From NCBI GenBank assembly GCA_004524535.1, contig SDNY01000057.1:1-22259 (forward strand): a DNA stretch of 22,259 bases. The letters are read 5' to 3'. Positions 1 through 8,591 of this stretch are shown in pieces. How positions within the stretch are numbered: position 1 is the stretch's first letter; each line of letters opens with the position of its first letter. The stretch is from Promethearchaeota archaeon (GTDB lineage Archaea; Asgardarchaeota; Lokiarchaeia; Sigyniarchaeales; SOKP01). The translations under genes were made by a program, and so were the position numbers. The notes beneath the pieces were generated by a model, which was not told where the DNA came from, did no database searches, and was given only the letters and a program-made list of their open reading frames with translations.

Positions 1-105
1 GATAACGGTGAGAGTAGTCCTAATCCCATAATTCTATTTATTATCTTGCTTGGAATCTTAGGCGTCGGTGTAATTTATTACCAAAAGAAGCATTCCAAGC
101 GATAA
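1..105 (+). CDS. 3' end of a membrane-anchored (probably secreted/surface) protein, truncated by the window edge
   Basis: Frame 1 is open from base 1 to TAA at 103-105 and reads DNGESSPNPIILFIILLGILGVGVIYYQKKHSKR*. This is a polar linker, one hydrophobic TM segment and a basic tail, typical of C-terminal anchors. Confidence 0.75.
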   Translation, partial: DNGESSPNPIILFIILLGILGVGVIYYQKKHSKR

Positions 106-322
106 TCGAAATATAAATTAAAATCAATTCCTATTAATTTTGCATTCTTTCCTCTTGCAGGGTTAGATATTTGCTCCGAAAGACCTTATATTGCTGTAAT
201 TGATTATACTATAATATTATTATTTTATTATAAAAAATTGTTCAATGTGAAACCGTAAGTTTTAATATGAGAAAATAATGTTTTGAAAAATGTTCACTTT
301 TTGATGGAAATCTTAGAAACCT

Positions 323-339
323 TTTATGGTTACCATAAA
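323..339. promoter_or_regulatory. Perfect palindrome TTTATGGT-t-ACCATAAA, candidate operator upstream of pckG
   Basis: 8-bp inverted repeat with a 1-nt spacer, read directly from the sequence, about 90-100 nt upstream of the pckG start. Confidence 0.45.
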
Positions 340-354
340 TTTTTTAAATAAATA

Positions 355-373
355 TCCACATAATTTATGTGGA
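355..373. promoter_or_regulatory. Perfect palindrome TCCACATAA-t-TTATGTGGA, candidate operator upstream of pckG
   Basis: 9-bp inverted repeat with a 1-nt spacer, just upstream of an AT-rich TATA-like stretch (~385-400). Confidence 0.5.
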
Positions 374-426
374 ACTAAAAATTTTTTAAAAAATATATTA
401 ATGTTATAATAAAAATTTTGATTAGA

Positions 427-2334
427 ATGGATGTAGTAAAAAACTTGTTGATCAATATTGATTCTGATGTTATAGACCAAGAGAGTCTCGATAAACTATA
501 TGCTTTAAACAACGAGCACGTTTTAAAGATTGTGAACGAATTTATCTCTCGATGTAAACCCAGCAAAGTTACCGTGATTACAGATTCTCAAGAAGATATA
601 GATTATGTAAGGCAAAGGGCAATCGAAATTGGTGAAGAAGCTAAATTATCCATAGATGGCCATACGATCCATTACGATGCGTTCTCTACAATGGGTTATC
701 ACGATCAAGCCAGAGATAAAGCAAACACAAGAATATTGGTCCCGAAAGGTGAATATGCAAGTCCTTGGATTAATACTATTGACAGAGATGAAGGGTTGAA
801 AGAGATTTTGGAGATAATGGAAGGTTGTATGAGAGGAAATGAATGTATAGTTCGATTCTTTTGTTTAGGTCCAATTAACTCTAAATTTTCAATTCTTGCA
901 TTACAATTAACGGATTCCCTTTATGTATGTCATAGTGAGGATATTTTATATCGAAAAGCTTATGAGGAATTTAAAAAGTTAGATGGATCTAATAAATTCT
1001 TTTATTTCATTCATTCTTCTGGGGAGCTTATAGGAGATCCTCCTGTTTCAAAGAATTTAGATAAACGTAGAATTTATATAGATTTAAAAGAGAATCGCGT
1101 TTTATCGGTAAATAATCAATATGCGGGGAATAGTTTGGGTTTAAAGAAGCTTGCATTAAGGCTAGCAATTAACCAAGCTAATAATGAAGATTGGTTGGCT
1201 GAACATTACTTCATATTAGGAGTTCATCCTAAAGGAAAAAATCGAGTGTCATACTTTTGCGGAGCGTATCCAAGTGCATGTGGTAAAACAAGCACAGCAA
1301 TGCTCCCTGGACAAACCGTACTAGGTGATGATATCGCTTACCTCAGACCATGGGACGATGGCTATGCTCATGTTGTCAATATTGAGCGAGGCCTTTTTGG
1401 AATTATCAAAGATGTAAATCCTGAAGATGACCCATATATATGGGATGCTATTACTACTCCTAGAGAAATAATCTTCTCAAATGTGTTAATAAGAGAAGAA
1501 ACTCCTTATTGGATTGGTGATGGAAGAGAAGTACCTGAAAAAGGCATAAATTTTTCGGGAGAGTGGCAGATCGGGAAAAAAGATGAGGAAGGTAAGAAAA
1601 TCCCTCATGCCCATCCAAATGCGCGATATACTCTTCGAATCGAGGAATTAAAAAATGCTGACGAAAATTTACATAATCCTGATGGTGTACCTTTACATGG
1701 TATCTTCTATGGTGGAAGAGATAGCGATACAATGCCACCGATCCTTGAAAGCCTTAATTGGGAACATGGTGTATTTTTGGGGGCGTCTATTGAATCAGAA
1801 ACAACATCCGCAACTATTGGGGCAGTTGGAGTAAGGGTACAGCAGCCAATGGCCAACTTAGATTTCATTGTAGTGCCACTACGGAAATATTTAGAAAATC
1901 ACCAGAGATTTGGAAATTCGTTGCAACATTGCCCTAAAGTGTTCGCCACTAATTATTTTCTTAAAAATCAGGATTGTAAGTATTTAAACGGCATGTTAGA
2001 TAAGTTATGTTGGGTTATTTGGGCAGAAGGACGTTCTCATGGAGATTATGAGGCAATTAAGACGCCAGTAGGGTATATTCCGAAATATGAGGATTTGAAA
2101 GAACTGTTCAAAGAATATTTGGGGAAAGATTATACCAAGGAAGAATACATGGAACAATTTGAAATTCGAGTCACTAAACTATTAAAAAAGCTAGAACGAA
2201 TAGAGATGATGTATAGGAAAGAAGAAAATGTTCCTGATTTTTTCTGGATTGTCGTTAATGAAGAAAGAGAGAACCTTTTAAATCTTAAAGAAAAATACCA
2301 AAAAGAAGATATACCCCCCGATGAATTTTTATAA
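427..2334 (+). CDS. pckG: Phosphoenolpyruvate carboxykinase (GTP)
   Basis: Motifs YAGNSLGLKK, WLAEH, kinase-1a GAYPSACGKT, kinase-2 GDDIA, HPNARY and GGRDSD; ~635 aa. ATG at 427 is preferred over the in-frame TTG at 418. Confidence 0.95.
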   Translation: MDVVKNLLINIDSDVIDQESLDKLYALNNEHVLKIVNEFISRCKPSKVTVITDSQEDIDYVRQRAIEIGEEAKLSIDGHTIHYDAFSTMGYHDQARDKANTRILVPKGEYASPWINTIDRDEGLKEILEIMEGCMRGNECIVRFFCLGPINSKFSILALQLTDSLYVCHSEDILYRKAYEEFKKLDGSNKFFYFIHSSGELIGDPPVSKNLDKRRIYIDLKENRVLSVNNQYAGNSLGLKKLALRLAINQANNEDWLAEHYFILGVHPKGKNRVSYFCGAYPSACGKTSTAMLPGQTVLGDDIAYLRPWDDGYAHVVNIERGLFGIIKDVNPEDDPYIWDAITTPREIIFSNVLIREETPYWIGDGREVPEKGINFSGEWQIGKKDEEGKKIPHAHPNARYTLRIEELKNADENLHNPDGVPLHGIFYGGRDSDTMPPILESLNWEHGVFLGASIESETTSATIGAVGVRVQQPMANLDFIVVPLRKYLENHQRFGNSLQHCPKVFATNYFLKNQDCKYLNGMLDKLCWVIWAEGRSHGDYEAIKTPVGYIPKYEDLKELFKEYLGKDYTKEEYMEQFEIRVTKLLKKLERIEMMYRKEENVPDFFWIVVNEERENLLNLKEKYQKEDIPPDEFL

Positions 2335-2412
2335 ATAAATCCTTTGTAAAAAATTTTATTCATTTTATTTTTAATAAAGGACTTACTTTCGTGTGATACT
2401 ACGATATTATAC

Positions 2413-2433
2413 TTTTTTTTTATCTTTTTTTTT
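2413..2433 (+). terminator. Oligo-T terminator candidate after pckG
   Basis: T9-ATC-T9 about 80 nt downstream of the pckG stop; oligo-T tracts are typical archaeal terminators. Confidence 0.5.
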
Positions 2434-2527
2434 AATTTTAAAAATAATTACTAGATTTTATCTCAATTTCGATGAATTTGTGGATATTAAAAACTTAGAA
2501 TGACATTAAATGAGTAAGGTATGAGAA

Positions 2528-2851
2528 ATGAAATCAACACAATTTTGTGAGAAAAAATATCTAAAAAAATTGGAAAGTACCCTTAGATTTCATGAATTAT
2601 ACAAATTAGATAAGGAAAAAGTTCAGAAATGTAAATTCAAATTAATTTCTGAGCTCGTAAATGAATTATTTAAATATAAAAATTGCCGAGATTGTTATGT
2701 CAATATTTCTAATTTAATAATATTATTTCTAACCATCTTTGATAAGGAATCTCCATGTGATAATTACTCAGAATCGGAAGAAGATAAATTCATAGATGAG
2801 AATCTTAAATTTAAAAGTATCTTGAAAAAAGAATTCAATGATTTTCTATAA
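2528..2851 (+). CDS. Hypothetical protein (107 aa, five Cys including a CRDC motif)
   Basis: ATG-started ORF that fills the intergenic gap, with AAGGT upstream and T-rich sequence downstream. No family recognised. Confidence 0.65.
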   Translation: MKSTQFCEKKYLKKLESTLRFHELYKLDKEKVQKCKFKLISELVNELFKYKNCRDCYVNISNLIILFLTIFDKESPCDNYSESEEDKFIDENLKFKSILKKEFNDFL

Positions 2852-2980
2852 AAAAGAAATTTAATTTCTGTTTTTTAATATTTTTTTATATGTTTTATTA
2901 ATATACTGTAATTCAATACTGTTCTTTAATTCTTTTATAGAATATATAAATTCAATCAATATTTTTAGACTTTATCTTGT

Positions 2981-3007
2981 TCAGAATAAAAAAGATATTA
3001 TTTAATT
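2981..3007 (+). promoter_or_regulatory. Promoter (BRE/TATA-like) of the first MFS gene
   Basis: TCAGAATAAAAAAGATATTATTTAATT, nearly identical to 4541-4567; both begin 43 nt before their ATG. Confidence 0.6.
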
Positions 3008-3023
3008 GTGTATTTTACACATC

Positions 3024-4493
3024 ATGAGTGAGATAATAAAACCTCGAGAATTACATGGAACAAAATTATTTGGATATTCTATAGGTTTTTTTGGACTATT
3101 TTTAACTAATCTCTTAATTTCCGTATTTGCCCTTCAATTCTACGTTTACACAGTCAATTTAAATTCTTTACTTGTTTCTATAGGATTGGCTATGCAATTA
3201 TTTTTTTCAGCAATTTTTTCAATTGTATTTGGAGTTATGACAGATAATAAAAAGCCGGGGCGATTCGGAAAACGTCGACCTTTTTTAATGTATGGATTAC
3301 CTATTTGGGTTTTAACGAGTATCTTAATATGGCTCCCTCCTTGGTATTGTCCAGAGGATAATGAATTTTTTTTGCCTACAGCGATTTATTTTTGTGTAGT
3401 AATCATTTTAAATTCAATATCAGGAACTTTAATCTTGACAGCACACATATCAATGCTACCTGAACAGTCTCAAACGCATAATAACAGAAAAAAAGTAGCA
3501 TCGATGAATACTTTTTTCACAATCATAGCTTCAATTTTATCTCTTTTACTCCCATTGATTATTCAGAGCATACTTAAAGATCCAACCGCCGTTAAATGGT
3601 GGGAGCCTTCTGGAAAAGTAATCCTTTTTTATATGCCATTGATAGGTATCGGATTTGTTATTTTTGGAGTAATTTCATTAATCTTAACGTTTTTTTCTGT
3701 AGATGAAAGCTTTCATAAAACCTCTCTAAACGCTGAAATGAAAAAAAAATCAATTTTGGCTACTTTTCAACAAATGGCAATTCCTGCCAAGGATAAAAAG
3801 TATAGAAAGTACCTGGCTGTAAGATATTTTAATAGTATTGGAGGCAGAATCTTAGGTCTTTTGGTTGTACCTTTTCTTGCTTTTGTGCTAAGATTTAAGG
3901 GAAATGAATTTTATATTTATATTCTTGTTTCATTCTCCTGTAAGTTTGGATGGTTCTTTGTTTGGAAAAAAATTATTGAAAAAGAAAAACAAAACTTTAT
4001 TAAGATGTATTCTCTATGCATCGCTAGCTCCATGATTGCGTCATTTTTAGAATTGTTATTTTTAATTAATATACTCTCTTATGAGTTTAAGATTATTCTA
4101 TTTGTTATAACTATAGGAACAATACTGGGGGCCATCTACTCGTTTCGATTGTTTGCAACGCCATTAGCAGCTATCTTAATTTACGAAGCTGCTGATAAAG
4201 TTAAAAATACTAGTAAGGATAAAGCGGTCTCTGAACTTTCGGGGTCTTATTTAGGAATAATGAGTTTTATGATGTCGCTTGGTCAAGCCTCTGCTACTAT
4301 TATGGTAGGGATTATTCTCATGGGGCCAAATTCAGAGAATCCTACAATTATTACGCTATGTCTATGTTCCATGGGTATATTTTACTTAATTAGTATGGTA
4401 ATTCTTGGAAGAATTAAATTAGAAAGAAGTATATCCGGCATTGATACTATTAATGAAAGTAAAGAAACTTCGAGGACAATTACACCAGTATAA
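3024..4493 (+). CDS. MFS transporter, GPH/MelB-like family (paralog 1)
   Basis: Roughly 12 hydrophobic segments and a GPH-type loop motif (DNKKPGRFGKRRPF). Start moved from the TTG at 3006 to ATG 3024 (MSEIIKPRELHG) by alignment with paralog 2. Confidence 0.9.
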   Translation: MSEIIKPRELHGTKLFGYSIGFFGLFLTNLLISVFALQFYVYTVNLNSLLVSIGLAMQLFFSAIFSIVFGVMTDNKKPGRFGKRRPFLMYGLPIWVLTSILIWLPPWYCPEDNEFFLPTAIYFCVVIILNSISGTLILTAHISMLPEQSQTHNNRKKVASMNTFFTIIASILSLLLPLIIQSILKDPTAVKWWEPSGKVILFYMPLIGIGFVIFGVISLILTFFSVDESFHKTSLNAEMKKKSILATFQQMAIPAKDKKYRKYLAVRYFNSIGGRILGLLVVPFLAFVLRFKGNEFYIYILVSFSCKFGWFFVWKKIIEKEKQNFIKMYSLCIASSMIASFLELLFLINILSYEFKIILFVITIGTILGAIYSFRLFATPLAAILIYEAADKVKNTSKDKAVSELSGSYLGIMSFMMSLGQASATIMVGIILMGPNSENPTIITLCLCSMGIFYLISMVILGRIKLERSISGIDTINESKETSRTITPV

Positions 4494-4540
4494 AAAGATT
4501 TAAATACTTACTTTTTTAATAATTTAACATTTTACCTTTT

Positions 4541-4567
4541 TCAGAATCATAAAAATATTATTTAATT
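4541..4567 (+). promoter_or_regulatory. Promoter (BRE/TATA-like) of the second MFS gene
   Basis: TCAGAATCATAAAAATATTATTTAATT, a copy of 2981-3007 at identical spacing to the ATG. Confidence 0.6.
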
Positions 4568-4583
4568 CTATACTTAGCAAAAC

Positions 4584-6053
4584 ATGAGTGAGCCAATAAT
4601 AGCCCCACGGGAATTACATGGAAAACGACTTCTTGGCTATATTATAGGAGGTTTTGGATTCTCTTTAACAAATATGTTAAGTGGTGTATTTGTCTTTCAA
4701 TATTATGTATATACAATTAATTTAAACTCTTTACTTGTTTCGATCGGATTAGCTATTCAATTGATCATTGCTGCGTTATGTTCGATTCTTTGGGGAGTCA
4801 TTATTGATAATAAAAAACCTGGAAAATTCGGAAAACGTCGACCATATTTATTTTATGGGCTTCCAATTTGGGTTGTAACAAGTATTTTACTTTGGCTACC
4901 CCCTTGGTATTGTCCAAAAAATAATTCAATGTTTTGGCCTACGGCAATCTATTTTTGGATCATTATCATAATAAATCCAATAGCTGGGACATCAGTCATA
5001 ATGGCTCATGCATCGATGTTCCCAGAACAATCTCAAACTGAGGAAAACAGACAGAAAATAGCATCATCAGGAACCATATTGCTTATTATTGCTTCAATTT
5101 TAGGCTTACTAGTACCATTAGTTGTTCAAAGTCTACTACCAGATCCGGAAAATATCAAATGGTGGGACTCTTCAGGTAAAATAGTACTTTTTTATATACC
5201 TTTAATTGGAACTACTTTTGCTATTTTTGCATTATTTTGTGTAGTTATAACATTTTTCTCAGTTGATGAGAGTTTTCATAAAGCCACCTTAGAAGCTGAA
5301 GTAGAAAAAGTATCCATTAGCATGATCTTTCATCAAATGATTATTCCTGCAAAGGATAAGAAGTTCAGAAAATTTATGGCTGTGGGATTATTTAATGGGG
5401 TTTCTGGCCGTCTCGTTGGTCTCATTATAATTCCCTTTCTAATATTTGTACTTAAATTTAGAGGAACTGACTATTTTATTTATGTTTTTGTATCATTCAC
5501 CTGTAAATTTGGATGGTATTATTTTTGGAAAAAAATAAGTGAAAGACAAGCACTTATTAAGGCATTCTCCCTTTGTATTGCTTTTTCGGTTATAACATCG
5601 TTTTTAGAGCTTTTTTTCTTGATAGAGATACTTTCCTTCGAGTTTAAAATAGCGCTTTTCATAATTTCTTATGGTACCGTATTAGGGTCTATGTATGCGT
5701 TTGGATTGTTTAATGGACCAGTATATAGCGCATTAGTTTATGAAGCAGCGGCAAAAATAGAACCTGAAACTGAAAACTTAGATGAGGCTGTATCCTCCAT
5801 CTCAGGGGCATATACAGGATTACTCACATTTATGGCTTCAGTTGGTCCTGCGATAGCTTCTCTTTTATTAGGATTTATTCTTATGGGATCAAACCAAGAA
5901 AATTCGGAAATTCTTACAATTTGCTTAGCATCTACGGGAATATTTTATTTAATTGCGTTGCTATACCTCAGACAAATTAAGTTAGATAAAAGTATCTCTG
6001 AAATTAAAACCATTAGTATTGAAAGTAAAGAGATTTTACCGCCGCCGGAGTGA
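4584..6053 (+). CDS. MFS transporter, GPH/MelB-like family (paralog 2)
   Basis: Same architecture as paralog 1 (DNKKPGKFGKRRPY, WLPPWYCP, PEQSQT, FFSVDESFHK). Confidence 0.9.
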   Translation: MSEPIIAPRELHGKRLLGYIIGGFGFSLTNMLSGVFVFQYYVYTINLNSLLVSIGLAIQLIIAALCSILWGVIIDNKKPGKFGKRRPYLFYGLPIWVVTSILLWLPPWYCPKNNSMFWPTAIYFWIIIIINPIAGTSVIMAHASMFPEQSQTEENRQKIASSGTILLIIASILGLLVPLVVQSLLPDPENIKWWDSSGKIVLFYIPLIGTTFAIFALFCVVITFFSVDESFHKATLEAEVEKVSISMIFHQMIIPAKDKKFRKFMAVGLFNGVSGRLVGLIIIPFLIFVLKFRGTDYFIYVFVSFTCKFGWYYFWKKISERQALIKAFSLCIAFSVITSFLELFFLIEILSFEFKIALFIISYGTVLGSMYAFGLFNGPVYSALVYEAAAKIEPETENLDEAVSSISGAYTGLLTFMASVGPAIASLLLGFILMGSNQENSEILTICLASTGIFYLIALLYLRQIKLDKSISEIKTISIESKEILPPPE

Positions 6054-6066
6054 GAAATAACTTTTC

Positions 6067-6723
6067 TTAAATTAATTTTTTTAAGACTTCATTAACTCGA
6101 TATACCCTATTGATCCTATCAATCTTAATGAATCTTCTAATTTCCAGAGCATATAAAAAGTCCCTCATTTGGGCCTTATTTTTGCGTAATTTCTCTGCTA
6201 ATCCCCTAATATTAGTTTCATAATTGCAGAGAATTTGTAAAAGCTTTTTGTATTTTTTAAATATTTCTGATACTAAATATTTTAAAGATTCTTTTATATT
6301 TTGTCCAGTCTTTATACTTGACGGGAAAATTTTACAATCCTGAGGTAATTTAATTTGGGTTTGCAACATTTTAGGTGAACGTGCATCCTTCAAATCTTGT
6401 TTATTAGCTAAATAAACCTTTGGAATCTTCTGATTTTTTATTTCATTTAATACTGATATAGCATCGTTATCAGATTTGGGATGAGCAGCGTCAAAAATGA
6501 AAATAATTCCATCAGCACCATTTAAAATAATTTTTCTCATTATCTTAAATCTTGAAAGACCAGGTGTGCCGAACAATGTGATTTGAAAACCCTCAAAATT
6601 TATATATGCTACATCCATTGCGACGGTATGTCCTTTTACATGTACGTTCATAGAATCTTTATCAAAGAATTTAACATAAGTCGATTTTCCACTTTGAGAT
6701 GCCCCTGTAACTACTATCTTTAT
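6067..6723 (-). CDS. Small GTPase (MglA/Rup/ATP_bind_1-like) with a C-terminal winged-helix-like extension; probable ATA start
   Basis: G2 TVAMD, G3 FGTPG, G4 NKQD and G5 SSI lie in the listed ORF. The same frame extends upstream of ATG 6651 as IKIVVTGASQSGKSTYVKFFDKDS (G1 P-loop) up to TAA at 6729-6727. Confidence 0.85.
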   Translation of the reverse strand: MKIVVTGASQSGKSTYVKFFDKDSMNVHVKGHTVAMDVAYINFEGFQITLFGTPGLSRFKIMRKIILNGADGIIFIFDAAHPKSDNDAISVLNEIKNQKIPKVYLANKQDLKDARSPKMLQTQIKLPQDCKIFPSSIKTGQNIKESLKYLVSEIFKKYKKLLQILCNYETNIRGLAEKLRKNKAQMRDFLYALEIRRFIKIDRINRVYRVNEVLKKLI

Positions 6724-6793
6724 CCCTTATCACCAAATAGTAATATAGTTTGGTTAAAACCATTTTGTATCTAGTTAATATATATATTAAACT

Positions 6794-6832
6794 TCATCCA
6801 TTTAATCTTTCTTTATTCATAAAAATGGATGA
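6794..6832. repeat. 10-bp inverted repeat TCATCCATTT-N19-AAATGGATGA between frhB-like gene and GTPase
   Basis: Read directly. It is adjacent to a palindromic TATA-like element TTAATATATATATTAA (6775-6790). It could be a terminator hairpin or an operator. Confidence 0.5.
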
Positions 6833-6927
6833 GAGATATAAAATTGTCTCAACTTTTTATCAATTCTATAAAAAAAACATATTGAGTTTTTTTAAATAAG
6901 CAAAACGCTTGAAGAATTCAAAAATAA

Positions 6928-8070
6928 TCATCCATTTGGAAGAAGTTTCAAAGCTTCTTCTGCACGTTTTATTTTTTGTTGACTCATTGTAATAATCTTT
7001 GCCAACATTTTTGATTTTTCAACGGATGTATTAATTTCTGGCGATTCTGTAATATATCCCTTTTGCATTGCAAGATTATAGATCTTTTCTCCTTTTTCAG
7101 TGCGGATCAATGTAGTTGTAAAGCCATCTTTAGAGCCTAAACCCCCAAAAGATATGTCTGCATAATAATTTGAAAAATTTTGACAAACTGAGCATGCATG
7201 TCTCATAATATCTTTTAATTCTGAAAATTCAATTCTCAATGGTTCTTCCCTATTTTTAATATCAACAATTACATTCTCTTTAATATTGACCTTTTCAATA
7301 TCATCAAAAGAAAATTTAAAACGCTCTTCGATCCTGGCTCGAGTAGCGGTGTCAAATTTGAAATTTTCATAACAAAATAATCCTAAAGTATATTCTACTA
7401 CATGAGCAGGTATTATTTTGAGTTCTTGCATTTTTCTAATAGAATGTATTTGACAAGGAACACCTACTACAGCTATTTTCATATTACCTGAATAGACTAT
7501 ATGTTTCAGTTCAGAAATCGTAGAAACATAAGTATCATAATTAACTAATCCTGAAATTGGGCCTTTTATGTCATAAAGGGTTCCAGCAGCTTCTTTCAGT
7601 TCTTCTTTAGTTTTCGCAAAAAATGGTTGACGTCTGAATGAATTTATCCTTTTTGCAACGAGTGCCCCGTCAATTAAATTATTTTCTAACAGCGCAATTA
7701 AAATAGACGTTACAACTCCTCCATCTGTCCCTAATTTTTGGAGTTCAGAACTCACAGCTTGAGCAGAGACAATCTTTTTCCAGTGTCCTATAGGCGGTTT
7801 AAATTTATATTTAGAGTTTAGCTCTTCATTCAATTCGTGAATTTCTGGACATATTAAATAACATAAACCGCAATGTAAACAATTGTCTTCATTCATATAT
7901 TTTGGAGGGCCATCTTTCGTCATCTTGATAGCCCCAATATCTGCAGCCGAACAAAAGCTCACACATCCTCCACATTCTCCACAAATACCTTTCTCATGAA
8001 CCTCTTTTATAAGATCTTGGAATGATTTTGGATTAACTTCATCTGCTTTTGTTGGTGTATTTTCAGCCAT
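6928..8070 (-). CDS. Coenzyme F420 hydrogenase/dehydrogenase beta-subunit family protein (FrhB/FdhB/FpoF-like) with N-terminal 2x[4Fe-4S] ferredoxin domain
   Basis: CGECGGCVSFC and CLHCGLCYLICP ferredoxin motifs; FrhB-family motifs DGGVVT, VGVPCQI, GLFC and ACSVC..ADISFG. Confidence 0.9.
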   Translation of the reverse strand: MAENTPTKADEVNPKSFQDLIKEVHEKGICGECGGCVSFCSAADIGAIKMTKDGPPKYMNEDNCLHCGLCYLICPEIHELNEELNSKYKFKPPIGHWKKIVSAQAVSSELQKLGTDGGVVTSILIALLENNLIDGALVAKRINSFRRQPFFAKTKEELKEAAGTLYDIKGPISGLVNYDTYVSTISELKHIVYSGNMKIAVVGVPCQIHSIRKMQELKIIPAHVVEYTLGLFCYENFKFDTATRARIEERFKFSFDDIEKVNIKENVIVDIKNREEPLRIEFSELKDIMRHACSVCQNFSNYYADISFGGLGSKDGFTTTLIRTEKGEKIYNLAMQKGYITESPEINTSVEKSKMLAKIITMSQQKIKRAEEALKLLPNG

Positions 8071-8591
8071 AATTCTCTCTATTTTTTATATTTATATTAT
8101 CTTTACTTAATAATTTCTTAATGCTTTTTAATTTTATAATTTTTCTTATAAATTAACTAAATCTTTGCAAGAAATCATCCATTTTTCTTTTGGATTTTAA
8201 GATAATAGGAACATTTTTTCCTAAATCAATTATTATAAACCATAATTTTTTTTTTAATTAGGAATAATTTTATGAGGTTAAAAGATCCTAATTTTCTGAA
8301 CATTATAAATATCAAAAAATAAAAAGTCAATTTCTTACAAAAAATAATACTTTTCTCTTACTAAATTATTGAAAATAATTAAAAAATTGTTGAAAAATTA
8401 AAAAAAAAGTTGCAAAACTGAAATGATAAAAAAGTTTTAAATAATAATCAAAAACATAATATTAATAGTGGAGAAATTATTCAAATCATCCAAATTTTTG
8501 CAGAATGGAAAAGGAAATGGGAAAAATCTTCTGAATTTAATAAAAATAATCATAGAAAATTTAAATTATATAAAATAGAGTTAAGAACATT

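Noticed and set aside
6794-6832. Eukaryote-like SECIS on the minus strand (stem, ATGA...AAA...GA, stem) downstream of the TGA-ending frhB-like gene
   Set aside because: There is no upper helix between AUGA and GA. Reading through the TGA adds only 11 non-conserved-looking codons before a TAA.
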